A stretch of DNA of 64,000 bases from Rhynchobatus australiae (GCA_034780895.1 JAUZTB010000073.1:17282386-17346385), one strand, 5' to 3'; numbered from the stretch's first letter, positions 11,421 through 25,925 are shown. Notes: generated by a model from the sequence alone, not told the origin. A program made the numbers and translations.

Positions 11421-12818
11421 ATCATCCTGTCTGTGTTCAGTAACCACATGCATGTGTAAGTTCTGAATATACATCCCCAACAAAACGACTGGAATGACAT
11501 GGACAAACAATTTTACTGTTTCACACTACCACAGTACTTTTCATTTTAATTTGTTTTGTTCTGTTTTCTTTTGTTTATAGGTCTGCACACTGTTCTGCCT
11601 CTGCAGCAAGAAAGCCTTGAAACCCAAGCCCAGCCTTCTCCAATTACCCACTGTAAACAACGAGATGGAGTGCAAGGGTGTACCAGAGTAGTGCAGTGGC
11701 TGAGGAGGGGGGAAGAGGGGAAGTCGTTAGAACACCTGATGTGGAACAAACAAAACCTCTACTTTAATTTCCACTCTCAAGTTTCTGAGAGGTTCTATAT
11801 GTGCCTGAGACACACTGGTGCCGCCTTAGCACCACTAACATCAGCCTCATTAAGGCCTCTGATTTCACAGACACAGCCCTAGAAATTTGGCCCTGGACAA
11901 TTCCAATTATTTTCAGATCATGTTGGGGCACTCCAGAAATTCATCCCGTTGCTCAGCTCATTTTGGCACAGATCAGTTTCAAGGCATGAATATTTTGAAC
12001 CACACTCAGAATCCATTGTACTTTTGCCTCTACCATCCTGTGTTATGCATTTGCCACACTTCCAGTGTGGTTTTGCTGTTATTGAAGACTTTCCCATGTT
12101 TGGGTGGAATAGTCCTAACCAGCATCAACATTATCCCTCTTATAACAAGAGAGAGGAGTAGGCCATTCAGGCCCCTAAGCCTTCCCCGGCATTCAATATG
12201 ATCATGGCTGATCTCCCCCAGGCTTCATCTCCTCTCTCGTGAAGGTATCCGAACAGTATTCACAAAGAACTTTTCCCACGTTCTTCAAATTTAATGTTTC
12301 AGGTCGACGTGTGAAAGCTCATGCAATATTATCTGTTTCTCTCTCTATAGATGCTGCCTGACCAGCCGAGTATTTCCAGCATTTCCTGTTTCTACTGGGA
12401 GAACTGAAGGGGCTTAGCCTACCTATAGGAAGGTAGCTTCAAATGCCATCACAAGCCAGGGCATTCAGTATGGACAGTCAAGAAAAAAAACATATCCAAC
12501 TGACAAGTCATTGAAAATACGACAGGCAGTTGACAGAATACTGACAGCTCCAATAAAAGCACCTATTATTGGGAGAGCATTGGGTTGTCTGCAGCAGTGA
12601 AGCATGTAAAATAATTTCACCCATACCCATGCTATTTTCTGACCATCACCTACTTCACCAGATGGAACTGAACAAGTGTAAATTGTGACTCAACACTGGG
12701 CAAAGGGGCTCTGAGATAAAGACAGCTCCTGATCACAGAAGATCATCCACACCCCTGAATCCTGAACCTTGTCAATCTAAACTGAACCCCTACAATGTGT
12801 GTGCCTGAAGGATGGGCA

Positions 12819-13129
12819 GGCACAGTAGTATAGCGGCTAGNNNNNNNNNNNNNNNNNNNNNNNNNNNNNNNNNNNNNNNNNNNNNNNNNNNNNNNNNNNN
12901 NNNNNNNNNNNNNNNNNNNNNNNNNNNNNNNNNNNNNNNNNNNNNNNNCGTGGGTTTCCTCCAGGTGCTCCAGTTTCCTTCCACATTCCAAAGATGTACG
13001 GGTTAGGACGTTGCGGGAATGCTATGTTGGCACTGGAAGTGTGGTGACACTTGCGGGCTGCCCCCAGAACACTACACAAAAATGCATTTCACTGTCTTTC
13101 AATGTACATGTGACTAATAATGATGTCTT
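12819..13129 (+). mobile_element. V-SINE copy (partly in gap)
   Basis: Head ggcacagtagtatagcggctag; V domain and tail nearly identical to the 17.9 kb copy. Confidence 0.85.
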
Positions 13130-14929
13130 AAAAAAAAAATCAAGGTATTCCTTCATGATGGGTAAGCATCAAGGCCTCAGCCTCAAAACCATAGATCTCA
13201 GTGTGCTATTAGCTGGCTCTGAGCCCTCTGAAGGGAATTAAATGCTCATCATCCAACCAAGATCAGTGAACAAACACTGGCTGCTAGGACTGGTGGTTCC
13301 AAGTCATTTCACCAGCACAAATCAGCTACCATCTTGGGATTCTTAATGGGACTGTTAGATCACAAGTTTGAATTGGCCCGTTCCATTGCCCTCGTGTCTG
13401 TGAAAGTGGCTGAACTTCAACTTTATGCATGGGTTTATTGATCAACCCCCATCCTCAGAGCTTCCAGCTCTCACAGACTCATCAATACTCATGCCCGCTA
13501 TCAAATCTCCAGAAACAGAGCGTGTGTTAAATAAGGCCTTTTTACATCCATCAATACAATCCAGAGTGCTTCACAGGAATTATGGCCGTGGATAATGGGC
13601 ATGTAAACAAGACAGCAATCCACAGATCTGGACTAATAATGTGGAGCCTCTAAGTTAAACCCCACCATAGGAGTCTGTGAATTTGATTTCAGTTAATTAA
13701 ATCAACATGAACTTTTTTTTAAAAAAGCATGGAGGAAGAGATTTTTTAGGGGAAAAGAAAAAACAAACAGACTGGCCCAAAGTTGCCATCATACATGCTG
13801 CAACCGTCAGCTGTCACATCATAAAGGTCATTAAGGGACACAAGCAGCAGTGGACTGGCGAGTCATTGTATGCGAGGCCAATGTATCTATCTAGCAGGTT
13901 GCATTATGTAAGGCAGGGATTTGACAAATTACTGATAGCCCCAATAAAGGTGCCAGTGATGAAGACAGTATCAGTTTGCGAGCTGTGAAGAGCAGCAAAT
14001 GGCAGCCTTGCCGGTGAAGGAGGAGCCAAGTAACACAATACGACCTTGCTGGCTCATACACTTCAGCAATTCAAACTACTCGCAGCAGCCCACACTTCCC
14101 TACAACTGTGACAGAGGGATCAACATGCGTCACAAGGGGAAAAGTTCCCCGCCCTCACCAAAGACGGCCAGCATCAGAATTCTGTGCGTTGAATTACACG
14201 AGTCTGCAGCTCTCACAGATTAATCAATACCCACATCCACTATCACACTTAACACAAATTCTGTGTTTCTGGAAGTAAGACCTCATTACATCAGTCAATA
14301 AAATCCAAAGTGCTTCACAGGAATTATGGCAATGGATAATAGGCATGTTAGCATGATGGTTATGTTACTGGACTACCGATAGCACAATCAGCATCAGAGT
14401 CTCCGTGTGCTGAATTACAAGTGAACCTTCTGTGGTCACAGCACATCGAAGCCATCTCTTCCAAGATTATTTCCTAACTCATCAACTTCCTGCTAATGAA
14501 AGAAACAAAGGAGTGCATTTGTCTAGCACCTCTCATCCCCTCAGGAAGGTGCTTTACAACAGATGGAGAATTTTTGAAAGGTTGACACCCTTGTTAGAAC
14601 CCAGGCAGTTAATTTATATGCAACTACCACATAATCTGCTTCTATGCAGTTGATCAGAGGATGAATAATGGCCAAACTGGCAAGAAGTCCCATGTTCTTT
14701 AACACCATGGCATCCTTCACATTCAGAGTGTGCAGAGTGCATTTTCGGTTTAATGCCTTGCTTGTAGGACCACTCCACTGCAGCATCTGCTTAGATTTGT
14801 TGCTCAGATTCCCGACTTCAACCCACAATCTGAGGGGAGAGAAAGAACTCGAACCGCCAAGCCACAATTATGTTTGGTTTTTACAAATACAATGGGGGAA
14901 GAGCCGCCAGTATAGGCCGGCTACCCCAG

Positions 14930-15625
14930 AAATATGAATTAGGCCATACAGCCCCCTCAAGTCTGTTCTGCCATTTAACGAGATCATGACCAATCTGAGT
15001 GCAAGTCAGCTCCATGTTCTCGTATTTTCACAGTAACCTTCTCACCCCAACCCTCCTTGCTCAACAAGAATCCATCTACTACTGCCTGCAAAACATTTTT
15101 AAATATTGGAAGAAAGAAATTCCAAAAGACTCAGGACACAGAAACAATTTCACAATTAAATGGGAAACTCCTTATTTTTAAATCCCTAGTTCTAGATTCC
15201 CCCACAAGGGGAAACATTCTCTCCACATCGTCAAGATCTCGCAGGATCAAGTCACCTCAGACTCTTCTAACTGATCCCAGACTAGCCTGTCCAACCTTCC
15301 TCATGAAACAAGCCACCCATTCAGGTTCCTTCTCTGCACTGCTTCCAATGTAGTAACATCCTTCCTTAAACAAGGAGACCAGCACTGTACACAGTACTCC
15401 AGATTTAGTTTCAGCCATACCTTGTANNNNNNNNNNNNNNNNNNNNNNNNNNNNNNNNNNNNNNNNNNNNNNNNNNNNNNNNNNNNNNNNNNNNNNNNNN
15501 NNNNNNNNNNNNNNNNNNNNNNNNNNAGTAACATCCTTCCTTAAACAAGGAGACCAGCACTGTACACAGTACTCCAGATGTGGGCTCTTTATAAATGAAG
15601 CATAACCTCCCTACTTTTGTACTCT
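14930..15625 (-). mobile_element. CR1-type LINE 3' fragment
   Basis: Minus peptide LEYCVQCWSPCLRKDVTTLEAVQRR (CR1 ORF2) plus the conserved 3' UTR; contains a 100-N gap. Confidence 0.85.
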
Positions 15626-17861
15626 AGTTATAACCACCATACTCCTGCAACATCAGCGCTTGCACGCAATGCTACTGAAAAGCAAAAGGCTGCAGATGCT
15701 CAAAATATGAAATTAAAACAAAATACTGAGGATACTCAGCAGGCCAAGGGGCATCTGTGGAGTGAGAAACAGAATTAACTTTTCAGGTCCAAAACCCTTC
15801 ATGAGATCAAATGTGTCTGAAATGCAGAGGGAGGGAGAGGATGAGAGAACAGTGAATGGCTGTTCCAAGGTGGAAAGCAAATGTGGTCCAGGTGACGCAA
15901 AGGCTTTTGGTGGCCTGTAAGAGGGAAATAAAAGTGTGTTAATCTCAGCTGATCTGTCTGGAGGAGTGCAAATGGAAGATGATAAATGAGAGCAATTATA
16001 GAGAAAAAAACAATATGCTGGATCTTTGCTGCTGAACTGGGTTTATTCCTAACCTTCAACGCAGGGCAGGGTTTGTGACAGAGGGAGTTTAGGCTGGAGC
16101 CGGTGCACCGTGCAGAGTGCTGGACACCCAGCCAAATGTCAGTCTTCTGCAAGCACGCACCTTTCAACCCAACCAGACCTGAAATCTTCCTCTCACTGCA
16201 CAATTGGGCTTGAAGTATTTTAGTTGATTTTTGTTGTCTCCACTAAGCAATTTTGAAAAACTAATTTTTTTATTTAGTCTTTATCATTTAAAAAAAACTA
16301 TAAAAATGCTAATTTAGGAATGAAATGCGGCAGCCTAGCAGCCTGAATACTTTCTTTACCCAACTGCTCCGAGGCAAATGAAGCCATCAGCTGAAGTATA
16401 CAATTTATGAAGCTCAGACAATTTTATGAAAATTGAAAATTCATTCCAAGTCCATCAAAGCCAGCTGCATTCTTCATTTCCATTAAGACGACTGAATTAT
16501 TAACAGTAGCACAAGATGGAACCCTCTAACTATTTGCTGCAAAAATCAGGAAAGCAATAGCACATTTTAACATTGGTCTACTTCCTTCAGACAGTTCTGA
16601 AATCTCTGCCACTTTCCTGCATTAACTTCTCCTGCTTTGATTCATAGTGGATGAACCCCACCCACAACACATGACGTTAGTGCTCATGACTAGTGCAGGG
16701 TGGACCAGGAATGGATGGCAGGACATCAGGAAGCACCAGAGAGAAGTTGGTATCATCAGTAAAGGCCAACTTGCACTTCACAGCCAGAGTTCCCTTGGGA
16801 TGTTGTGACTCTCANNNNNNNNNNNNNNNNNNNNNNNNNNNNNNNNNNNNNNNNNNNNNNNNNNNNNNNNNNNNNNNNNNNNNNNNNNNNNNNNNNNNNN
16901 NNNNNNNNNNNNNNCTGCACTGTGTAATGAATTGACCTGTACGATCAGTATGCAAGACAAGTTTTTCACTGTACCTCAGTACAAGTGACAACAATAAGTC
17001 AATACCAATCCTATAACCTATCCCACGAGGCAAGTGAATCACTGAATCAGAAGGTGCTCCAGGTGCAATCTAAGTTCATCAGGGGCTTGTGCTCTAAGCC
17101 AGTGTTCCCGTGGTACCCATCCATGACATTTGAATGGCCAATGTACGTAGACCCTCCGGATTTTGAGCATCCACAACTGACGTTGGATTCCCGTTTAATC
17201 TGTGATGCAATTAAATGTTAATTTGGCACAAACCACAGTCTTATATTTACAAATTCATTTCCAAATGGGCCTTTTGTTACGGTACACTGAGGATTCAGTT
17301 ATCAGGAATTCGACTCATACAATGGTTCATAAAGGGATGCTTGTTCAGCCATACTGCTGAGGGAAGCATTTAAGTACGAGGTCAGCCCATGAGCCTCTTG
17401 CAAATATCAGACATCTTCTTGCTAGCCTTCATCTGTCTCTGCTTTTATTGTGCACATAGATATCTTCTGATTTACTTTCCTGATGCTCTGTAAAACTCTA
17501 ATAATCAATTTTGTTTGGAAATCCCAAAAGGTTTGGCATTTGGTTCGCCTGGTTCTGTTGTCCAACCTCAGGAACACTGAGTCCCTGTTCCTGAGCTCCC
17601 TTTAAACTCGCTGGATTCACTGGAAAATTTATTATGTTACCACGTAACATGTAGAGAAAAAGTGGAATAAGACCGTCAAACAATCTGCTGGAGGAACACT
17701 GAGGGTCGAGCAGCATCTGTGGGGGAGGGGAAGACCTATCAACGTTTCAGTTTGAGACCCTGCTTCAGGGCTGCCCAGTGACCAGCGCCAATGGCAGACC
17801 TTTCCTGCTCCCTCTCAGAGGCAGAGAGGCATGGGAGGCGGACTTTCTGTGATAAATTGCA

Positions 17862-18157
17862 GGCACTGTAGTGTAATCACAGTTAGCGTAATGCTATCAC
17901 AGCGCCAGTGACCCGGGTTCAATTCCCACCACTGCCTGTAAGGAGTTTGTACGTTCTCCCCCCGTGTCTGTGTGGGTTTCCTCCGGGTGCTCCGGTTTCC
18001 TCCCACATTCCAAAGACGTACAGGTTAGGAAGTTGTGGGAATTCTATGTTGGTGCCGGAAGCGTGGCGACACTTATGAGCTGCTCCCAGAACACACCACG
18101 CAAAAGATGCATTTCTGTGTGTTTCAATGTACATGTAACAAATAAAGATATCTTATC
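17862..18157 (+). mobile_element. tRNA-derived V-SINE (HE1-like), near full length
   Basis: tRNA-like head with B box gggttcaattccc (17915-17927); central V domain ggagtttgtacgttctccccc gtgtctgtgtgggtttcctccgggtgctccggtttcctcccacattccaaagac; tail aataaagatatcttat. Confidence 0.88.
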
Positions 18158-20629
18158 CATATTTTCTGCTCCTTCATTTTCTCTATTTGTCTTTCTTAAA
18201 GGCTGACTGTCAACATTCTATGCAGATACACAAATATCTCAGACCTTTTCTTCACTTGATTGAGAAAGCATTGGGGAAAGAAATTTCAACATGGATGGAA
18301 GTGGCTCTGTGTGGACAACCTGTGTCAGCTTTCTTGAGGGCCTTGGGGGAGAGACAGACATGCCAGCAATGGAGCAGAGGGGAATAAATTTGGGGGGTGA
18401 TGGAATATGGACATGGGCACCATGTGCTGAAGACAGACACCAGGAGAAGGGATCTGCTGCTGGAAGTGACTCCACCCTGCCTCCAGGATCTCAGGGAAAA
18501 AGAAAAACGGAAGTTTAGCTCAAGATGGTGGAATCCTCACTGCTCAACTCTCCTGATTCACAGCAAAATATCATAAGAGTAGAGCCAATTGTGCTTTGCA
18601 CAACACCAAAGTCACAACAGCTTTTATGCCCAAGTGCCTCACATGCACTAAGCAGCTGGCAGAATCCCTGGACATATACAAAATTCATTAAAATTCCATT
18701 GTGCAGCATAAAATGCAATGCTGCACGATATAATTTCTAATCCATTTTCTTTTAAATGAGCCTAACATCATGCAGTCACTCTCTCTTTGGTTAACCCAGC
18801 TTTCTTTGCCATCTCACCAGCCTCCTGCTCTTTAGCTGTCTGCCTTTTGCTGAACTTATCAATAAAGGGAACAAAAAAAATGTCTCTTTCATTGCCTTGC
18901 TCTAGCCCATCGCTCCATCATTCTAGTTAACAGCCTCTCTGCCTGGCAGTTCCTAACCATGTAATTTTCAACAAAGTGGTCCGATTCCAAGCATCAAATT
19001 CTCACTAATATTTGCGAGCATGTTTCGATCACAGAGCATACTAAAGTGCTACTCATAAAGGAGTTTCCCTGCTGTACTTGCACATCCCATCAATCTCTCA
19101 GTACCATCTCGCAGGCCCATCCTATTACCTCCTTGTACACTTCAACTCCATCTTCTTCTGTTGATCGATATCAGCACCATCTCATTTAGTCCTCCACAGG
19201 TATTCTCAAGAACAGACCCGAGTCCCATAGCAACCAATGTGCGAATCAACCCCTGCAAATCTTCCCCATCACTGCTTAATCTAACAAACGGCTCCCGATT
19301 TCTGTCTATTTATCAGTGTTGACTGTGGATGTACAGAATGATACTTGTCACAATGCTGCTAATGCAGAGACGGGCTTTAAAATGTTTAAAAAATACCTAG
19401 GAGGAATCATGCACACAACTAGCTGAGGAAAGTTACCTACTAACGGCTGTCCCATTCCCCTCAATACAGAGGGGCTCGAGAAAAGACCCAATGATCATGA
19501 GCTCCCTGACAAGAGGATCCACTGATCTACAGGAGGACTAGAGAAAAGGGAAGGAGGAAAGCACACACAATTCTAAAATTGTGATTAATGACTTAAAGGC
19601 TTGGGAAAAGGTTAATGGCAGAGTAATTTTTAACAAGCAACACATTCAGCACAAACTACCATTTTCAAGTTATTGTTGACCTAATACTAAAAGAAAAAAT
19701 ATTCTTGCCACATGTAGCAATATGAAAGAAATTGTAATTATTCAGAACTTTCACAGCCTCTATCCATGTGATGTATTTTACAATTTTTTAAAAGTATAGC
19801 CATTTTTAATGCAGTGAATACAGTACACGAAGCTCCCACAAAAGGAAATAAAAACACTGCTAAATTACCTCTTTCAGTTGTGCAGTTTGATGGATAAGGT
19901 CACAATGCCTTGCACAAATTTGAATAGGGTCACTGGATCAATTATGCCAATGTAAGAAAAAGGGAACCTTGGTTTAACATCCCACCTTTAACACTCCCTC
20001 AGTTCTGCAGCGCTCGCTAGACTGAGTGNNNNNNNNNNNNNNNNNNNNNNNATTTTGGTGAAAGCATTAGCCATCAAGATAAACACAAGATTTATAAGAC
20101 AAGCTCTTCCTGGCTCACACATCATGGAGTACACCATCAGCACATACCAACACCCAATTGTATAGCTGGACAGAATAGGGAGCTCTGAAATATATCAACA
20201 TACTAAAAGGAGGTCAGATTTAGGTGCTATCCATCTGAAAGGATTTACACCAATATGTATTCAAGGAGGCCAGTGACAGATTTGGTTCAAGCTTCATCCA
20301 TGGTTAAAATTGAAAACTCAGCAAGAAGAAAATGTGCATCATTTACACTTGACAGACACTGCACACTGAACCTAAAAATGGAAATTTGCTTTGTAGGAGC
20401 ATGTCCTTTCCAGTACTTTGCTACATAGCATTCGCTGGTGCTGTACTGGAATTCCTGACTTGTGTTTCAAAAAAAATGCTGCATCAAGTCAGATCCAAAT
20501 AGAATGTGCAGCAAGAACTGATCTCACTTGAGGGCCCTGGAGTCTAAACACAGCCCTCCCTGCAGTTGGAAGCCAATTCAAAAGCTTGTTTGAAGTTTTA
20601 GCGACCATTACTTTCATATTGTGATATAA

Positions 20630-20945
20630 TAAGAAGCCATTCTGTCCATCAGATCTATGTCAGCTCTCAGAGCATTCCCATCCTTCCCATTCCTCCATTT
20701 CCTGGTAATCTATTTTTTGCACATGCCCATTAACACAGCACTGATTCTCCCTCCAGCCATCTGTACCAGGGATAAGTTAATGTGACCAATTAACCTAACA
20801 AACAGCATGTTTTATGGACGTTGGAGGAAGCCGGAGAAGCTGGGGAAACCCATGCAGTCTCGGGGAGAACGTGCAAACTCCACAGAGGTGGCACCAGAGG
20901 TCAGGATCAAACCCAGGTTGTTGGAGCTGAGAGGCAACAGTGTTT
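20630..20945 (-). mobile_element. Older V-SINE (HE1/MER6-like) copy
   Basis: Reverse complement of the V domain (ggaggaagccggag...aaacccatgcagtc.cggggagaacgtgcaaactccaca) and a B-box region. Confidence 0.78.
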
Positions 20946-21039
20946 GTTGGTGTGCCGCTAAAGATGGAAGCCAAGGTGGACACACAAATGGCAATGTACC
21001 AGGCTCCTTTCTTGCATACAGATTTGATAGTATTTGCAT

Positions 21040-21620
21040 GCACTGGAGGTGCAAGGTTACTGAATTCAGACCACAGCTGCAGCTCTGCTCACCACATTAC
21101 AAGGAAAATATGTTTGCATTAGAAAGAATGCACAAAAAATTTACAAGGACTTTATCAGGGCTGGAGAATTTTAGTTATGGAGGAATTTCAGCCAGGCTGT
21201 GGTTACTTGCTTTGAACTGAGATCTAATGAACCCAGATGGAATGGTGAGGAAGGACCCGCTTCCCTCAGCAAAGTGCTCAGATTTAAAAGTAATTGGTAG
21301 AAGGATTAGAGGCAGATGAGAATTTTTTCTCCTTATGGAGGGGGTTGGTCAGGGTCTGGAGCTCAGTGCAGGTGGTGGTAGAGGCAGAAAACCACACAGC
21401 ATTTAAAAGTACTTGNNNNNNNNNNNNNNNNNNNNNNNNNNNNNNNNNNNNNNNNNNNNNNNNNNNNNNNNNNNNNNNNNNNNNNNNNNNNNNNNNNNNN
21501 NNNNNNNNNNNNNNNACACAGCATTTAAAAGTACTTGAATATATACTTGGTGCCGTAATCTACAAGGCAATGAGGCAATAGGGTGAAGCTTGCACAACCA
21601 CAATAGGCTTCTTCTGTGTT
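21040..21620 (+). mobile_element. CR1-type LINE 3' fragment
   Basis: RPQLQLCSPHYKENMFALERMHKKFTRTLSGLENFSY corresponds to CR1 ORF2 SPHYRKDV.ALERVQ.RFTRMLPGL...SY. Confidence 0.8.
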
Positions 21621-23879
21621 ATAGGTTTCCATGATTCAAACCATTTACATGCTACAGCACTGCCTCCCTCTTAGCAGCTGTTGTTACCAATCGAAGTGAT
21701 AGCACCTCCCTAATAACTAAAGAACATTATAAGCAGTGGTTGGATTGCAGATCGATACTGCCATGGGACCAATGAACAAAGCCAATGACTAGATGGGTGG
21801 CTGAGGTGGTAAATTGGGAGCACTCACGCTGCTGCCTTGGCTCTTCAAATATCAGCTCTGCTTTCAGGCTGTTTCATACTGAGCCAGGCTTTACCCAAGC
21901 TGGTAGCTTAATCCTGGCACAGCTTCCATCTCCCATCTGTACACTCCCTTAACCAATGGGAAGGCAAGCAACAACACAAGTTGAGCATGCTTCAATTCAG
22001 GAGAGTTCCAGTCGCTTAAGGTCATTGACCTGCTCTTTCATGGACATGTACAAGGACAAGGACAGTCTCATACCTCAGTGATTCTCTGTGCTCTGTGATG
22101 ATGCACATCTCTATGGATGATACCACACTCCCATAGAGAAGGTAGATGAGAATATTGGCACAAAAATTGAAGAACGGATTGGATGGTTTGAACTTTGTTC
22201 AAATATCCATGTGTTTTTAGATATCTGGGCTAGAATCCTTCATGGCACCCAAACCCAGGAGAAGTAGCCATTTTATTTGGAAACTCTGGGATTAATAGTG
22301 CTCAATGTTTTTGTGCAGAAGCCAGTAATACTAACAAATCTAAGTTCCTTTTAAAAACAATTATTGAACTGACAGAAAACCGCACAATAATATCCTCATT
22401 CTCCAGCCGTTATCAGTCACCTTGATAAGCCAATTTGGATGGAAGCCTTGGTCATGTTTAAAAGCCCTAACTGATTCATGGCCCAAGGGAACATTTCTCA
22501 AATTGGAAATTCAACAAAAAGAATAAAAGGCAGATCAACAATCTCCAATTATTAATTCTATTTGGATGGCACTTTATAATCAGAATTCTTATTAAGCTGC
22601 AATGCACTAAATGCCATAACTTGGCAAGCTCTCCAAATGCCAATCAACACCCAAAGTTTTTTCTTTAAAAACAGCTCATCAATAACCATGATGATAGCTA
22701 GCATTCAACAAATATCACCCAGTATTAAATAACCTAATTTTTTTCTCCATTTCAGAAGATCAATGACGCGTTTCACTTTTTGTGCTCTGCAAGGAGATGA
22801 AGTAGAACTGGCATTTGTGGTACATTCTGTGGTTATACCCTCAATAGGCAAAGCTCTGGGAACACAACCTAGTCCTGTAGGAAAAAATACTGTGTTGAAA
22901 TATATTGGGCAACCGTTCCCTTTTTCCTCAACACAGGACATCGAGCCTCATTCTATTTATAGAAGCTCTGTTCACAAACAGCAGGGTCCTTGATGACTTA
23001 GCGAAGATATCAACATGATAATAAACATTTAACCTAACAACTAGCAGTGATGGAGAGAACTGTTATGTTTTACTTTTGAAACATCTTGATCGATTTAGCA
23101 CCAAACTGCAATGGACAAAATGTCACACACTTAGCAAACTCTTCAAACACCAATTAATACCCAGGCAATGATTTTTTTCCTTACAGCTCGTCAATAACCG
23201 TTGATGAGAGTAAGTATTTCACAAATACTGCCCTGCATGTTATTAATCTAACTTTTTTTTCCCCATCCATTTTGAAAACACTGCAGAAGATAGGCAACAT
23301 GTTTCATTTTTTGCTCTCTCTGAGTTGTTCAAGTTGGGCGTGTTGGACCTCCTGCCACATCCTCCAAGCCTAACGCACAATAAACCACAAGCCAGCATCA
23401 GCTGGTTTCCAACCCAACTAAATTAAACTCCAGGGTACTTGATCCATGCCAAGCTTCAATTTTTAAGAAGTTTATTTCCCACCTGAGTGATGTTAAAAGA
23501 AATTCCTTTAGTTTATACTTCTTACTGACTCCTGCAAAGGCATCACAAATTAGTCAGAAATCCCTTCCACATCCATTCAGATAATGGGACAGAATAAAGG
23601 AGCCACTTGGCCAGTTTGCCAGTCNNNNNNNNNNNNNNNNNNNNNNNNNNNNNNNNNNNNNNNNNNNNNNNNNNNNNNNNNNNNNNNNNNNNNNNNNNNN
23701 NNNNNNNNNNNNNNNNNNNNNNNNAATTGGGGGGGGGGGGGGCGGTGGAGGACAGGGACCCTCTGGTTACGGGAGGGGGAGATGGGGGAGAGAGACCCCA
23801 GTTACCTAGGATCTGGGGAGGTGGCAGGAGGGAGACAAGTTACATACAGGGGGGTGCAGTGGGAGATATAGGAGAGGGC

Positions 23880-24865
23880 GACTGCAGTTAGATAGATTGA
23901 GTGATTGGGTGAAAACCTGGCAAATGGAGTTTAATGTGGGAAAGTGAGAGATCACGCCCTTCAGGAAGGGGAATCTAAAGGTGGATTATTATCTAGATGG
24001 AGAGAAGTTGTTCAGAGGGATCTCTGTGTTCTAGTGCATGAATCACAAGAAGGTAGGAGGCAGGTCCAACAAGACAGCAAACAGCATGTTGGTCTTTATT
24101 ATAAAAAGAGTGGAGTTTAAAGATAGGGAGGTTTTGTTAGAGTTGCAGAGTGTTGGGCGAGGTTACGACTGGAATGCTGTGCAGTTTTGGTCCCGTTACC
24201 TAACAAAGAACATTGCAGCATTGCAGGTAATCCAAAGGGAGGTTCACCAGGCTAATTGCTGAGAAGAGAGTGTTATCCTATTAAGAGAGGCGCGACAGTT
24301 TGGGTCTGTATTTGATGAAGCTTAGATGAATGAGGGGCAAGTTTATTCAAACACGTTCCCAAGGGGGCTGGACAGGTAGACATTGCGATGTTTTCACCAA
24401 TGGAAGAGTTATGAACAAGGAGACTTGTGCAAAATAAGAGGCCTGTTGTTTAAAACCAAAGAACTTAGAGATTTTTTTCTCTCATAAGCTACTCTGGAAT
24501 TCTCTGCTCCTAATGACAGTGGAGGCCTGATCATTAGAAATATTTAAGGTGGATATAGATAAATATTTCAAAGACAGAGGAATTNNNNNNNNNNNNNNNN
24601 NNNNNNNNNNNNNNNNNNNNNNNNNNNNNNNNNNNNNNNNNNNNNNNNNNNNNNNNNNNNNNNNNNNNNNNNNNNNNNNNNNNNTCATTAGAAATATTTA
24701 AGGTGGATATAGATAAATATTTCAAAGACAGAGGAATTGAAGGTTATGGGGAACTGGCACAGAAGAGGAATTGAGGCCAGCACAGATCTGCCATAATCCT
24801 ATTTAATGGCGGGACAGGCTCAAGGGGTCTGGTGGCCAACTCCTGCTCCTATTTCCTTGTGTTGT
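23880..24865 (+). mobile_element. CR1-type LINE, about 1 kb 3' fragment
   Basis: W...WQMEFNVGK; TANSMLVFIIKRVEFKDREVLLEL; AVQFWSRYLTKNIAALQVIQR; LWNSL; 3' UTR ending ctcctgctcctatttc. Confidence 0.88.
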
Positions 24866-25499
24866 GTTACAGGGGTGAGGAGGAGGGGGAAGCTGGGAGA
24901 AGGAGACTAAGTTGATATTTCTACTGAAATTTGCAGCATTTGTTTCACACAATAACTATGATACATGTGAAAAATAAAAATAAATTGGAACAAGCATTAG
25001 AAAATTAAACTGCAATAATTTTTAAAACAACAGAATTTAATGTTGCTTATTTTAATCATGAATAATTTAAATAACTTATTTAAATTTTATGGTGAGCACT
25101 GCTGCATTATAGGGTTGAAGTATTTGCAAACAACCACATCCTCCCGCCTAACTTGGAGCTCAGTGCGCCCCGGATAACAAGAAATGATATCCTGATGCTG
25201 TCTCTGCTGCTGACCCTGAATGTACACCCGCAGCCATGGATCTTTGGCCTGGGATTCCACATCTTAAGCAGTGACTAAATTCCCTCAATCTTAAGTGTTA
25301 TTTGCACAAACACATTAAATGAAGTTAAATACTGGAAATGCTCAGTGTGTCATATAGCATCTGCGGTGAGAGACAAAGTTTGTGTTTCAGGTCAATGACA
25401 TGAAATTTCCACCATCTGCAGTAGGTTTTACATTTGGGAAATAAGCTTGCAACAAATGCTGGTCTGAACTCTCTCCATACAATGGAATCAAAGCACAGA

Positions 25500-25925
25500 C
25501 CAATTCCTTGGAAGACTAATGTATGAGGAGAGACTATGTCAGTTCAGTCTATATTCACTTCAGTGCAGAAGAATGAGAGGGGATTTCAAAGAAACCTATA
25601 ACATTCTAACAAGACTCAGCCTGAAGAATGTTCCCAATAGCTGGATAGTCCTGAATCAGGGGTCACAGTCTCAGGAGGTGGGTATACTATTTAAAACCAA
25701 GATCAGGAGAAATTACTTCACCCAGAGTATAATGAATCTCTAGGATTCTCTACCATAGAAGGCAGGGGAGACCAAGTCATCACATATTCAAGGAAGAGGT
25801 AAATATTAGGAAGGTAAATGCCAAATGGACTAAGGGATATGTAGAGAAGGTGGGAAGAGCATACTTAAGTAGATAATCAAGATTGTGTTGAATGGTAGTG
25901 CAGGCCTGAAGACTTCTACTTTCTA
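25500..25925 (+). mobile_element. CR1-type LINE 3' fragment
   Basis: MYEERLCQFSLYSLQCRRMRGDFKETYNIL...IRRNYFTQSIMNL. Confidence 0.85.

Noticed and set aside
17862-17935. tRNA gene (A/B boxes)
   Set aside because: This is the tRNA-derived head of a SINE, continuous with the V domain and repeated at 12.8 and 35.2 kb.
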